A stretch of 64,000 bases of DNA from an uncultured cyanobacterium (GTDB taxonomy: Bacteria; Cyanobacteriota; Cyanobacteriia; Cyanobacteriales; Nostocaceae). Every line of letters begins with the position of its first letter. The stretch's first letter is position 1. The stretch is taken from contig CAVUDP010000002.1 in the NCBI GenBank assembly GCA_963740315.1, positions 3,808,001 to 3,872,000 on the forward strand, written 5' to 3'. A program made the position numbers and the translations under genes. Below, one piece after another: positions 1 through 10,003 of the stretch. The notes beneath the pieces were generated by a model, which worked only from the letters and a program-made list of their open reading frames with translations, searched no databases and was not told the origin of the DNA.

Positions 1-14
1 ATTTCTTCTTGTCT

Positions 15-92
15 CCCCATCTCCCCATCTCCCCATCTCCCAATTCCCCATCCCCCATGCCCCATGCCCAATCCCCAATCCCCAATCCCCAT
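15..92. repeat. Short tandem repeats (CCCCATCT, CCCATGC, CCCAATC; STRR-like)
   Basis: 7-8 bp tandem units visible directly; they explain the [10 protein letters not shown] extension on the atpA ORF. Confidence 0.9.
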
Positions 93-93
93 C

Positions 94-1614
94 ATGATAT
101 TACAATCAGTTATAGAAGATACATTTTCAACTTTTGAACAAGTATTAAATAGTTACCATGCCCAGATAAATATCCGGGAAATTGGCATGGTCATATCTGT
201 AGGACGAAGTATTGCTCGTGTATCTGGCTTACCCAGCGTTAAAGCGGATGAATTGCTTTATTTTCCGTCATCTAACCTAAAAACACCTTTATTAGGAATT
301 GCCTTTAATCTCGACCCTGATGAAATTGGTGTGATTCTATTAGGAGAAAGCCAGCATCTACAGGCAGGTGATGAAGTTTACCGGACTGGTCGAGTTATGG
401 ATGTGCCGGTGGGAGAGCAGTTTTTGGGTAGAGTTGTGGATGTTATGGGTAATGTTTTAGATGAGGGGGGAAGTATTGAAATTACCAAACGTCTTCCTGT
501 GGAACGGGAAGCTCCACCAATTATGAATCGCGCTCCAGTAACTCAACCTTTGCAAACTGGATTGAAAGTAGTAGATGCTTTGATCCCAATTGGTAGGGGA
601 CAGCGAGAATTGATAGTGGGGGACAGACAAACTGGAAAAACGGCGATCGCCCTCGACACCATTATCAACCAAAAAGATAAAAACGTTATCTGCGTTTATT
701 GCGCTATTGGACAACGAGCTTCAGCGGTAGCGAAAGTAATTGAAACTCTGCGACAACAGGGAGCAATGGAATACACGGTTGTCATAGTTGCTTCTGGACA
801 AGATTCTCCAGGATTGCAATATATTACTCCTTACGGAGCCACGACGATGGCTGAATATTTCATGGAGCAAGGACACGATGTATTAATTATCTATGATGAT
901 TTTACCCATCATGCCAGAGCTTATCGAGAACTATCGCTGTTGCTGCGTCGTCCCCCCGGTAGAGAAGCTTATCCGGGAGATATTTTCTATATTCATTCAC
1001 GCTTGTTGGAGCGCTCAACCCATCTGAGCGATAAATATGGAGGTGGTTCCCTAACTGCATTACCGATAGTAGAAACACAAGCCCAAAATATTTCGGCTTA
1101 CATTCCCACCAACTTAATATCTATCACAGACGGTCAAATATATCTGTCTCCAGACTTATTTCAAAAAGCTATTTTCCCCGCTATAGATGTAGGTAAATCA
1201 GTTTCGCGAGTAGGCGGTAAAACTCAATTAAATGCTTACCGTGCAGTGGCTGGAGATTTAAGACTTTCCTATTCTCAATTCCAAGAAGTAGAAGTTTTTG
1301 CTCGTTTTGGTACGCAACTCGACGAACAAACCAAAAAAACTCTAACTAGAGGACAAAGAGTCCGAGAAATACTCAAACAATCACAGTCTCAACCATTATC
1401 AGTACCCGAACAAATAGCGGTACTTTTAGCGGTAACTAATGGTGTTTTTGACTCAATAGCTCTAGAAAAGATTGACGAAGTTAGTACAGCATTGTGTCGA
1501 AAAGTGAGGAGAGACTTATCATCTGTTTGTAAAAGTATTGAAACGGGTAAAAAATTAACCGACGAAGAATATCAAGCCATTTTGAAAATAGCTAGAGAAG
1601 TAATTAAGGAGTAA
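94..1614 (+). CDS. atpA: F1F0 ATP synthase subunit alpha, N-ATPase (alternate) type
   Basis: [18 protein letters not shown]-loop, [19 protein letters not shown]; start moved from 64 to ATG 94, past the STRR. Confidence 0.95.
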   Translation: MILQSVIEDTFSTFEQVLNSYHAQINIREIGMVISVGRSIARVSGLPSVKADELLYFPSSNLKTPLLGIAFNLDPDEIGVILLGESQHLQAGDEVYRTGRVMDVPVGEQFLGRVVDVMGNVLDEGGSIEITKRLPVEREAPPIMNRAPVTQPLQTGLKVVDALIPIGRGQRELIVGDRQTGKTAIALDTIINQKDKNVICVYCAIGQRASAVAKVIETLRQQGAMEYTVVIVASGQDSPGLQYITPYGATTMAEYFMEQGHDVLIIYDDFTHHARAYRELSLLLRRPPGREAYPGDIFYIHSRLLERSTHLSDKYGGGSLTALPIVETQAQNISAYIPTNLISITDGQIYLSPDLFQKAIFPAIDVGKSVSRVGGKTQLNAYRAVAGDLRLSYSQFQEVEVFARFGTQLDEQTKKTLTRGQRVREILKQSQSQPLSVPEQIAVLLAVTNGVFDSIALEKIDEVSTALCRKVRRDLSSVCKSIETGKKLTDEEYQAILKIAREVIKE

Positions 1615-1622
1615 AATTCGTC

Positions 1623-1880
1623 ATGCATCTTCCCGTTTTAGAAAATCTACCTTTGTTGAAGAATTTACCTTTTATAAACAACTCAAATACACCTTACTGG
1701 GTAAAAATTAGAACGGCTCAACCCAAATGTATTTATTTTTTTGGTCCCTTTGATAATCCTCAAGAAGCTAAACTTAATCAAAATGGTTATATCGAAGATT
1801 TAATCTCAGAACAAGCTTCAGGAATCTATGTTGAAATTAAGAAGTGTAAACCGAATATTTTGACTGTCTATGAGGAATAA
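1623..1880 (+). CDS. DUF1816-family small cyanobacterial protein
   Basis: YWVKIRTAQPKCIYFFGPF...GYIEDL motif. Confidence 0.75.
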   Translation: MHLPVLENLPLLKNLPFINNSNTPYWVKIRTAQPKCIYFFGPFDNPQEAKLNQNGYIEDLISEQASGIYVEIKKCKPNILTVYEE

Positions 1881-1909
1881 TGACTCGGTAGAGATGTAGA
1901 AATAATAAT

Positions 1910-1934
1910 GTAGAGACGTTATACATAACGTCTC
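1910..1934. repeat. REP-like hairpin GTAGAGACGTTATACATAACGTCTC
   Basis: Stem GAGACGTTAT/ATAACGTCTC preceded by GTA; related copy at 58523-58549. Confidence 0.7.
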
Positions 1935-2465
1935 CCGACGGTTGCGGAAAAACGAACCATTCAGAATTTATGCAATCGACTACTAGTACTCCACCGTATT
2001 AATTTTACGGGGTAATCAAGGTTCGTAGTTGCGGCTTTGCTAACAGCGCCTCATTTTATCGCATCAGGAGTGGCTGAAGCTAGGCTGTTGAGTTTGTGAG
2101 GAATTAGCCCAATTTTATTCATACCTTAGATGTATTTACAAATATTACTTATACCAAAGAGTAAGAGTTTTGATACAAATCAAAATATTTTATAGACTTC
2201 TTTTTGATATTTAGATATGATCCAAAATGGAAACCGTAAATGCTTCTACGTATTTTTTTTTGGGGGGGGGTAGCAGGTATTACTTAATGCATATTTATTG
2301 AGTTTCCCTAGATTCCTCCGATTGATCAAAATATTTCTAGCATCCGGTTGAAAACACAGCTTGCTATTTGTAGGTAAGTAAAAAAAAGATTCTTGAGCGA
2401 CAGGAAGCTATCTTAAATTACCTCAACAATTACTTGAATGAAAACCGATTCATTTAACTATTGCT

Positions 2466-4703
2466 ATGAAAATACCTGCCCAAAATTACACCAATTCCTT
2501 AGAAGAAAAACCCCAAGATCGATCCCTTGCTGATTTTACTTCTTTAGAAAAAATTATCGACTCTAACCCTTTGATAGTGACTCCTTCGATGCAACTCGCA
2601 GAAGTCATTCACCTCATGAGTCAGCATTGGGTTACTAGTTGTCAGATGTCAGAAACTGATAGCAATGATAATGATAGCTTACTAAGTTCATCTCCTGTAA
2701 GTTGCGCTTTAGTAGTCTTAGAAAATCAACTGCAAGGCATTTTTACCGAACGAGATTTGGTAAAATTGATTTCCAATGATGAAAAAATCGCAGGTGTAAC
2801 TGTAGCCGAGGTAATGACTCAGCAAGTAATTACCTTGAAAAGAAACGAATTTGGAGACGTTTTTACTACGATTAAATTAATGCGTCGGCATCAAATTCGC
2901 CATCTGCCAGTAGTCGATCAAAACAATTCTCTCGTGGGATTGGTGACAACAACAAAATTGCGGCAGATGGTGCAACCAAGCGATTTACTGAGATTTCGCC
3001 AAGTTGCTGAGGTAATGAATACAGAAGTTGTTCATGCACCTCCAACAGCATCAATAAAGTACATAACCCTATTGATGGCTCAACACAAAATTAGTTGTGT
3101 GGTAATTGTAGAAGAATTGAGCAATAGGCAAGGGAATAAAAAAATATTAGATTCTCCCCCTCTCTCCCCTATCGGCGTTATCACCGAGCGGGATATCGTT
3201 CAATTTCAGAAATTGGGGTTGAGTTTTGAGACACAAGCGCAAACGGTTATGAGTACGCCGCTAATTTTGGTAAATCCGTCGGATTCCTTATTGAAAGTAA
3301 ACCAGCAAATGCGTTCTCGTCGAGTACGACGATTGGTAGTAGCTGACGAGCAAGGCTCGCTAAAAGGAATAATTACCCAAAGTCAAATTTTGAAGATGTT
3401 AGATCCCGTGGAAATGTACGGGGTTGTGGAACTGCTACAGAATAAAGTCAACCAGCTACAGGCAGAAAAAATAGAGTTGTTGCAGCGTCAATCTTTAGAA
3501 ATGCAACAGCGAGCAGAAGCCCGATATGATTCTATAAATACAGAAAAAAAACAGCTTGAAAAGCAATATTACCACGCCCAACGTTTAGAAAGTATTGCGA
3601 CTTTAGCTAGCGGTGTTGCTCATGACCTCAACAATATTTTTACGCCAATTTTGGCAACTGCTCAACTTTTACCTTTAAAATTACCCGATGCTGACAAGGA
3701 AACGAAATATTTAATTGATTTGTTACAAAACAGCGTACAAAGGGGGACAGCTTTAGTCAAACAAATTTTATCCTTCTCGCGAGGAGTTGAAAATAAGTTC
3801 GTTGTTTTCCAAGTCAGGCACGTATTAAGAGAAATTCAACAGGTTATTCAAGAAACCTTTCCCAAATCAATTGAAATCCAAACTGATTTTTCTCAAGAAT
3901 TATGGACTATTTACGGAGATGCAACACAGATACATCAAATACTAATAAATCTCTGTATAAATTCGCGAGACGCGATGGCTGATGGTGGTACGCTAAAAAC
4001 CTCCGCTGAAAATCTAGCAATTGATGAAACCTATGCTCAAATCCATGATGGAGCCGAACCGGGAAATTATATTGTAATTACAGTTTCCGATACGGGTGCT
4101 GGTATTCCTCCGGAAACATTAGAGCATATTTTTGAGCCATTTTTTACTACAAAAGAACAAGGTAAAGGTACGGGGTTAGGTCTTTCTACAGTAATAGGTA
4201 TTGTTAAAAATTATGGCGGTTTTGTAAATGTTGATAGCGATGAAGAAGGAACTTGTTTCAAAGTCTATCTCAAAGCATCGCAAGCAGTTGAAATATCTCA
4301 AGAAAATTATTCTCAAATACCGAGAGGTAATGGAGAAAAGATTTTGGTGGTTGACGACGAAGCCTTAATTCGTGACGTTACCAAAATTTGTTTAGAAAAA
4401 TATGGTTATCAAGTATTAACCGCTATTGATGGAATTGATGCACTTGCTGTATATGCTCAAAATATTAAAGAAATTCGGCTTATTTTAATAGATATGATGA
4501 TGCCATTAATGGATGGTGCAAGAGCTATTAAAACATTAAAAAAACTGAATCCAAAAGTAAAAATTATTATGATGAGTGGCTCTACGTCAAATAACGAGAA
4601 AGCTTTAGAAGATATTCCTATGGAAGCATTTTTACACAAGCCTTACACCGCAGAAGAAATGTTAACCACGGTGAATAATGTTCTGAATGCATCTGGGGAG
4701 TAG
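2466..4703 (+). CDS. Hybrid histidine kinase: 4 CBS + HisKA + HATPase + receiver
   Basis: GIFTERD-type CBS motifs, AHDLNN H-box, GTGLGLS G-box, ILVVDD/DMMMP receiver. Confidence 0.92.
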   Translation: MKIPAQNYTNSLEEKPQDRSLADFTSLEKIIDSNPLIVTPSMQLAEVIHLMSQHWVTSCQMSETDSNDNDSLLSSSPVSCALVVLENQLQGIFTERDLVKLISNDEKIAGVTVAEVMTQQVITLKRNEFGDVFTTIKLMRRHQIRHLPVVDQNNSLVGLVTTTKLRQMVQPSDLLRFRQVAEVMNTEVVHAPPTASIKYITLLMAQHKISCVVIVEELSNRQGNKKILDSPPLSPIGVITERDIVQFQKLGLSFETQAQTVMSTPLILVNPSDSLLKVNQQMRSRRVRRLVVADEQGSLKGIITQSQILKMLDPVEMYGVVELLQNKVNQLQAEKIELLQRQSLEMQQRAEARYDSINTEKKQLEKQYYHAQRLESIATLASGVAHDLNNIFTPILATAQLLPLKLPDADKETKYLIDLLQNSVQRGTALVKQILSFSRGVENKFVVFQVRHVLREIQQVIQETFPKSIEIQTDFSQELWTIYGDATQIHQILINLCINSRDAMADGGTLKTSAENLAIDETYAQIHDGAEPGNYIVITVSDTGAGIPPETLEHIFEPFFTTKEQGKGTGLGLSTVIGIVKNYGGFVNVDSDEEGTCFKVYLKASQAVEISQENYSQIPRGNGEKILVVDDEALIRDVTKICLEKYGYQVLTAIDGIDALAVYAQNIKEIRLILIDMMMPLMDGARAIKTLKKLNPKVKIIMMSGSTSNNEKALEDIPMEAFLHKPYTAEEMLTTVNNVLNASGE

Positions 4704-5114
4704 AGGATGGGGCATTGGGTATTGGGCATTGGGCATGAAGGAATTTATACTCAAAAGAGTATTTGAATTAAATTAATAAAAAAATAAGTGCAAAGAATAT
4801 ATTACTAGAATCGCCATTAGCCCCCAGCCAAAGCAATAAACAAAAATATTCTTCACACTTATATGAATGCAAGGAACTCGTAAAAGCAGTATACACAAGC
4901 TAAATTCAGCCCTGATAGAAATTTAAGAAACTAAGAGATTATTGCTCTTTTAATTACACTCTGTATGTGAATTTATACAAACTAGAATTGACATCAGAGT
5001 GTAAAGCATATTTTCACAAACTAGTATCGCTAAGAATAGCAAGATTAACTTATTATTAATAGAGATAGCAGCATTTCAAGAGCAAGGTAGAAGTTTCTTA
5101 ATTACTACAAATAG

Positions 5115-5146
5115 AAACTACTTCATAAATATGAGGAAGTTGTGAG
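5115..5146 (-). promoter_or_regulatory. CTCA-N7-CTCA-N11-TAGTTT promoter box (orphan; points away from atpG)
   Basis: Minus strand CTCACAACTTCCTCA TATTTATGAAG TAGTTT. Confidence 0.7.
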
Positions 5147-5236
5147 GGAAACCAGAAATTTGAAAAAAAACGAATCAAATTTAAAATTAATTTTTCAAAT
5201 CAATTATTTCTACGAAACAGTTAACAAAAATCAATT

Positions 5237-6142
5237 ATGAAAAGTTTAGAAGCATTAACAGCAGAAATTCAAAGTATCGAAGACTTGCAATCTGTTGTCA
5301 AAACGATGAAAGCATTGGCAATGGTAAGCATTCGTCAATATGAGACAGCAGTAGCAGCACTGACAGACTATAACCGCACCGTGGAAATGGGGTTACAAAT
5401 TTTGCTTCGCCATCGGTACTTTAGCGAACAACCGATTATGCTACCGCAAGGTTTCACAAATCATAAAAAAAATCAAACCCTGGGTGTAATTATATTTGGT
5501 TCAGACCACGGTTTATGCGGTCAATTTAACGAGCAGATTGCATCTTACGCTCTCGAACAAATCAACCAACAAGCAGATAAACCACAGAATATTATTGTTG
5601 CAACAGTTGGCGATCGCCTAATTCCTTACTTAGAAGCAGCAAAACAACCAGTATCCGAACAATTCAATTTACCCAATTCCGTCACTGTAATTACACCGAT
5701 GGTACAGGAAATGCTGTTAACGATTGAAAGCTGGCAATTTTCTTCATTTGACCAAATAATTCTTTTTTACAATAAATCTTTATCTAGCGCATCATACCGT
5801 CCGCAAAGCGTGCAGCTTCTACCCATGAATCCTCAATGGTTGCAGCGCTTGGAAAAACAAGCATGGCATGGAGAAGGGCTACCAAACTTTACCATGAATT
5901 GGGATGATTTATTTTCAGCCTTAGTTCGTCAATATCTTTTTGTGTCTTTATACCGAGCATTTGCAGAATCCCTCAAAAGTGAAAATAACAGTCGTCTTTC
6001 CTCCATGCAAGCAGCACAGAAGAATATAGAAGAACGTTTAACCGAACTAAACTCACAATATCGTCATCAACGACAAACTTCCATCACTTCGGAACTTCTT
6101 GATATTGTCTCCGGGTTTGAAGCTCTAAATTCGAGGGAATAG
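5237..6142 (+). CDS. atpG: F1F0 ATP synthase subunit gamma, N-ATPase type
   Basis: SVVKTMKALA, GSDHGLCGQFN, SENNSRLSSMQAA, RQTSITSELLDIVSG. Confidence 0.93.
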   Translation: MKSLEALTAEIQSIEDLQSVVKTMKALAMVSIRQYETAVAALTDYNRTVEMGLQILLRHRYFSEQPIMLPQGFTNHKKNQTLGVIIFGSDHGLCGQFNEQIASYALEQINQQADKPQNIIVATVGDRLIPYLEAAKQPVSEQFNLPNSVTVITPMVQEMLLTIESWQFSSFDQIILFYNKSLSSASYRPQSVQLLPMNPQWLQRLEKQAWHGEGLPNFTMNWDDLFSALVRQYLFVSLYRAFAESLKSENNSRLSSMQAAQKNIEERLTELNSQYRHQRQTSITSELLDIVSGFEALNSRE

Positions 6143-6268
6143 AAGATGGGGAAGAAGTGGAGAGGGGGAAGAGGGGGAAGAAAAATTAATAATTCCTAAC
6201 TCCTAACTCATAACTCCTCACTCCTAACTATTTACCATGCCCTATGCCCAATGCCCGATGCCCCTTTC

Positions 6269-6300
6269 TTCACAACTTCCTCAAATTAATTGCTTAGCTT
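6269..6300 (+). promoter_or_regulatory. CTCA box + -10 TAGCTT
   Basis: TTCACAACTTCCTCA AATTAATTGCT TAGCTT, upstream of 6344. Confidence 0.8.
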
Positions 6301-6343
6301 GGAAATAGAAAGACAATAATTGCTTTGGAGTTAGGGGGTTTTT

Positions 6344-6928
6344 ATGAAAACAATACGATGCCCTGCATTACTAATCTATGTATTTGCTTTTGCATTATCC
6401 TTACAACTTTTAACAGGTTGCAGTTCTTTCATTCTACCTTCAGAAAAGTTGTTTTTATCTTCTAATTCTATCGATGTAACCCCAAAAATATCGCAAGTTC
6501 ATCATAAATTTTCCGAAAATATAGCTCCAAATAAATGTCCGCAAAGGTTCTATGAAAATTACAATGATATAATCTACAACCTTGAAACTGTAGAAACAAT
6601 TAAAGGGGAAGTTTTGAGTGTAGATTCTGTTGGTAATGGTATGAGTCTACAGGTAAAAACAGATGAAGAAACTATTCCCGTTCATTTAGCACCAGCTTGG
6701 TATATCAAAAATCAAGATATCGAAATCAACCCAAACGAGACAGTAGAAATTAAAGGTTCTAGAATCAACTTTAATGGAGAAACTGCTATTCTTGCGGCTG
6801 AAATAACCAAAGGCGATACAACATTTAAGTTACGCGATGAAAATGGTTTTTCTCTATGGGGTGACAAAAAAGAACAGGAATCAGATTGGTTCTTAGATAT
6901 GTTTCCTTATCTGTGTGATGCAGAGTAA
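6344..6928 (+). CDS. Putative lipoprotein with OB-fold-like domain (paralog of 7053)
   Basis: Lipobox LLTGC; VETIKGEV...IPVHLAPAWYI...VEIKGS shared with next gene. Confidence 0.65.
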   Translation: MKTIRCPALLIYVFAFALSLQLLTGCSSFILPSEKLFLSSNSIDVTPKISQVHHKFSENIAPNKCPQRFYENYNDIIYNLETVETIKGEVLSVDSVGNGMSLQVKTDEETIPVHLAPAWYIKNQDIEINPNETVEIKGSRINFNGETAILAAEITKGDTTFKLRDENGFSLWGDKKEQESDWFLDMFPYLCDAE

Positions 6929-6950
6929 ATAAAATACATTTACCTAAATC

Positions 6951-6982
6951 CTCATAACTTCCTCAAATTATTCTAGTAAATT
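6951..6982 (+). promoter_or_regulatory. CTCA box + -10 TAAATT
   Basis: CTCATAACTTCCTCA AATTATTCTAG TAAATT. Confidence 0.82.
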
Positions 6983-7052
6983 TGAGAATCATAGACAGTT
7001 CGATTTATTCGATCTGATAAAATAATGATTTTCAAAGAGGAGGGCAGACAAA

Positions 7053-7610
7053 ATGACAACTCAAGTATGTCCCAAATCCTTAATTTTTGTAAATGCTTTG
7101 TTTGCTTTAGCTGCAATCGGTTTTACTGTTTATAAAACACCCGCAAGCTTTATTTACGATCAAGTACTTTCTCCTGAAAATATCTTTAACCAAAGACCAA
7201 TTCCAGAAAAAATAAATCAATCTAAAGATTTTAGAGAGCATGGTGCTGGGTGGGGATATGGACGCTACGGAAGAATGTACAATGTTAAAACGGTAGAAAC
7301 TATTACGGGAACAGTCTTAAATGTAGATACATTTACCCCAACATCAGGAATGTCTAAGGGCGTAAATTTACAAGTCAAAACACAAAAAGGCACGATTCCC
7401 GTTCATTTAGGACCAGCTTGGTACATTGAAAACCAAGAAATTACCATTAAACCAGAAGATAAAGTTGAAATTAAAGGTTCCAAAACAAACTTTGCCCGAA
7501 AACCTGCAATTATTGCTGCTGAAGTTAAGAAAGGAAATATGACTTTAGTGCTACAGGATGAATATGGTTTTCCTGTGTGGAATGGTTGGAGAAGACATCA
7601 ATTTAATTGA
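7053..7610 (+). CDS. Exported OB-fold-like protein (paralog of 6344)
   Basis: N-terminal hydrophobic segment; IPVHLGPAWYIENQ, G-x-P-x-W C-terminus. Confidence 0.65.
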   Translation: MTTQVCPKSLIFVNALFALAAIGFTVYKTPASFIYDQVLSPENIFNQRPIPEKINQSKDFREHGAGWGYGRYGRMYNVKTVETITGTVLNVDTFTPTSGMSKGVNLQVKTQKGTIPVHLGPAWYIENQEITIKPEDKVEIKGSKTNFARKPAIIAAEVKKGNMTLVLQDEYGFPVWNGWRRHQFN

Positions 7611-7612
7611 AT

Positions 7613-7711
7613 CTTACATCTTGCACCACTCGCAATTATCCTATCATTTCCGCGCTAGAATAAATTTCAAGGCGGGAATGTGGGCTTAAAAAGAATGGTA
7701 CAAGATATCAG
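7613..7711. mobile_element. Putative ~99 bp MITE
   Basis: Imperfect terminal inverted repeats CTTACATCTTGCACCA / TGGTACAAGATATCAG (13/16). Confidence 0.55.
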
Positions 7712-7766
7712 TTAAATCTAACTACCTTGCAATATTTCCTAAAAATTCATTCAATTTGGAGTAATC

Positions 7767-8351
7767 ATGGCTGCATCTGGATTCTTTCGTAAACTCCACC
7801 GTAAAACTGCTTTAATTATCTTCCTGCCCTTATTAATTAGTGCTTTGACGGGAATTTTTTACCGACTAGGAAAAAGTTGGTTTGGAATGTCAAATCAGCT
7901 AGGAAATATTTTCATGATCATTCATCAAGGAGAATATCTGGGAACTCCACTAGTACCAATTTACGTGCTTTTAGTTGGTTTGGGACTATTAGGCATGATT
8001 GTTACAGGTTTGAGCATGAGTGGAATATTTAGTCAAAATCATGCTTCTCAACCAAGAAAACTTAATGCTCGTAAAGTTCACCGTATACTTGCACCTATTA
8101 TATTTTTGCCTTTAACATTAAGTGCAGTAACAGGTGTAATTTATCGATTGGGAAAAAGCTGGTTTGGAATGTCCCCGCAGAATGCAGCAATTTTTCTGAG
8201 AATTCATCAAGGAAGTTATCTGGGGGATTTCTTTAAGCCAATTTATGTTTTGTTGGTAGGTTTGGGATTAATAGTCATGCTGATTACAGGAATAAACCAG
8301 ACAAGAATATTTCGTCAGCCTCGTCACCCGTCACAGGATATTGAGACTTAA
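7767..8351 (+). CDS. PepSY-associated TM-domain membrane protein with internal duplication
   Basis: Two copies of RKxHR..IIFLPL..SAxTG..YRLGKSWFGM..IHQG.YLG..PIYVLLVGLGL. Confidence 0.75.
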   Translation: MAASGFFRKLHRKTALIIFLPLLISALTGIFYRLGKSWFGMSNQLGNIFMIIHQGEYLGTPLVPIYVLLVGLGLLGMIVTGLSMSGIFSQNHASQPRKLNARKVHRILAPIIFLPLTLSAVTGVIYRLGKSWFGMSPQNAAIFLRIHQGSYLGDFFKPIYVLLVGLGLIVMLITGINQTRIFRQPRHPSQDIET

Positions 8352-8381
8352 CCTATAACAGTTTTGTTAATCACCATTTTC

Positions 8382-8413
8382 CTCATAAGTTCCTCAAATT
8401 GTTTTCCTAAGTT
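8382..8413 (+). promoter_or_regulatory. CTCA box + -10 TAAGTT
   Basis: CTCATAAGTTCCTCA AATTGTTTTCC TAAGTT. Confidence 0.82.
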
Positions 8414-8469
8414 GTAATTATATAGAATAGTGATGGCTACCCATATGAACCATACAGGAGAATTGCATC

Positions 8470-9162
8470 ATGCTATTTCGCCAACTATTTGATGCCCAAA
8501 CCTCAACTTATACCTACCTGATAGCCGATGAGTTAACGAAAGAAGCGGTATTAGTTGACCCTGTTCTAGAACAGGTAGAGCGAGATTATAAATTGATTCA
8601 AGAGTTGGGTTTTACTCTAGAATGCTGTTTAGAAACCCACGTACATGCCGACCATATCACGGGTACTGACAAACTTCGTCAACTTACAGGTTGTCTGGGT
8701 GTAGTTCCGGAACACTCAACCGCAGCTTGTGCAGATGTCAGAATTAAAGCAGGTAATAGTATCGGAGTTGGGAAAGTCAATATTAAGGCGATCGCAACTC
8801 CCGGTCATACAAGCTGCCACATGGCATATTTAGTCAATCAAGACCGGGTATTAACTGGAGATGCGCTGTTTATTCGCGGTTGCGGTCGTACCGATTTTCA
8901 AAATGGTGATGCAGGTACTTTATACGATTCAGTAACACAGAACTTGTTTACTCTACCTCCAGAAACATTAGTTTATCCAGCCCACGACTACAGAGGACAC
9001 ACTGTTTCCACCATCGCTGAAGAAAAACAATTTAATCCTCGGTTTGCAGGACGTAACCGTGAAGAATTTATCGAATTAATGAACAATTTAGACCTTCCAA
9101 ATCCGAAAAAAATCATGGAAGCAGTTCCAGCTAATCAGCTATGCGGTAAGGTTGGAGCGTGA
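8470..9162 (+). CDS. Persulfide dioxygenase (ETHE1-like metallo-beta-lactamase fold)
   Basis: THVHADHITG, TPGHT, GDALFIRGCGRTDFQ, YPAHDY, AVPANQLCG. Confidence 0.9.
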   Translation: MLFRQLFDAQTSTYTYLIADELTKEAVLVDPVLEQVERDYKLIQELGFTLECCLETHVHADHITGTDKLRQLTGCLGVVPEHSTAACADVRIKAGNSIGVGKVNIKAIATPGHTSCHMAYLVNQDRVLTGDALFIRGCGRTDFQNGDAGTLYDSVTQNLFTLPPETLVYPAHDYRGHTVSTIAEEKQFNPRFAGRNREEFIELMNNLDLPNPKKIMEAVPANQLCGKVGA

Positions 9163-9228
9163 GGGAGATGGGGTTTAGGGGGGATGGGGTTTGGGGGAGA
9201 TGGGGAGAAGAATTATTAATTGCTCCTG

Positions 9229-9326
9229 ACAACTAACCACTAACAACTAACAACTAACAACTAACTAATTCTCAACTCTCAACTGGTAACTGGTAACTGG
9301 TAACTGGTAACTGGTAACTGGTAACT
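9229..9326. repeat. Heptamer tandem repeats (ACAACTA)n and (AACTGGT)x6
   Basis: Directly visible. Confidence 0.9.
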
Positions 9327-9365
9327 AAAATGAGTATTTATCAATTTAAACAAGGATATATCATC

Positions 9366-9929
9366 ATGACAAGCTTTGTTGAAAACAAACTGCAAGAAGT
9401 TGATGCTGCTACGCTCAAGCAATTGATGGAAGAAGATGGAGCATTATTAATTGATGTTAGGGAAAAAAATGAATTTGCAACAGAACATATCCCTGGTGCT
9501 AAATTAATGCCTCTTTCTCATTTTCATCCTAGAAAAATATCAAACGAAGCACATAGAAAGATTGTTTTACAATGTCAATCGGGTAATCGTTCGGCTAAAG
9601 CTGCCGATAAAATGTTCGCAGCGGGTTTTAAAGAAGTTATTCATGTAAAAGGAGGTTTACCAACTTGGAAAGCCGCTGGTTATCCTACTCAGAAGAATAA
9701 AAAAGCACCGATTAGTATGTTTCGTCAAGTTCAAATTGTAGCAGGTTCTTTAGTATTCTTCGGAACCGTTTTAGGTGCTTTTGTATCTCCTTGGTTTCTC
9801 ATTCTCAGTGGTTTTGTAGGTGCTGGTTTAGTATTTGCTGGAATCACAGATACTTGCGCGATGGCACTGTTACTAGCTAAACTACCTTACAACCAACCCG
9901 AAGTTGACCCCGAAGATATGCTGGTTTAG
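9366..9929 (+). CDS. Rhodanese + DUF2892 membrane protein (YgaP-like)
   Basis: IDVRE..EF..EHIPGA, CQSGNRS active loop, RQVQIVAGSL...GITDTCAMA; start at ATG 9366 after AAGGA. Confidence 0.88.
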   Translation: MTSFVENKLQEVDAATLKQLMEEDGALLIDVREKNEFATEHIPGAKLMPLSHFHPRKISNEAHRKIVLQCQSGNRSAKAADKMFAAGFKEVIHVKGGLPTWKAAGYPTQKNKKAPISMFRQVQIVAGSLVFFGTVLGAFVSPWFLILSGFVGAGLVFAGITDTCAMALLLAKLPYNQPEVDPEDMLV

Positions 9930-10003
9930 CTTTTAAACTTATCCCACCCAATTTATCAGTGGGACTCTATGTACATGGGCAATTACAGCAAACTGCCCAT
10001 TGA

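Noticed and set aside
64..93. atpA N-terminal extension
   Set aside because: Translation of STRR repeats
1983..2130. Possible further MITE starting AGTACTCC
   Set aside because: No convincing right end or target duplication found
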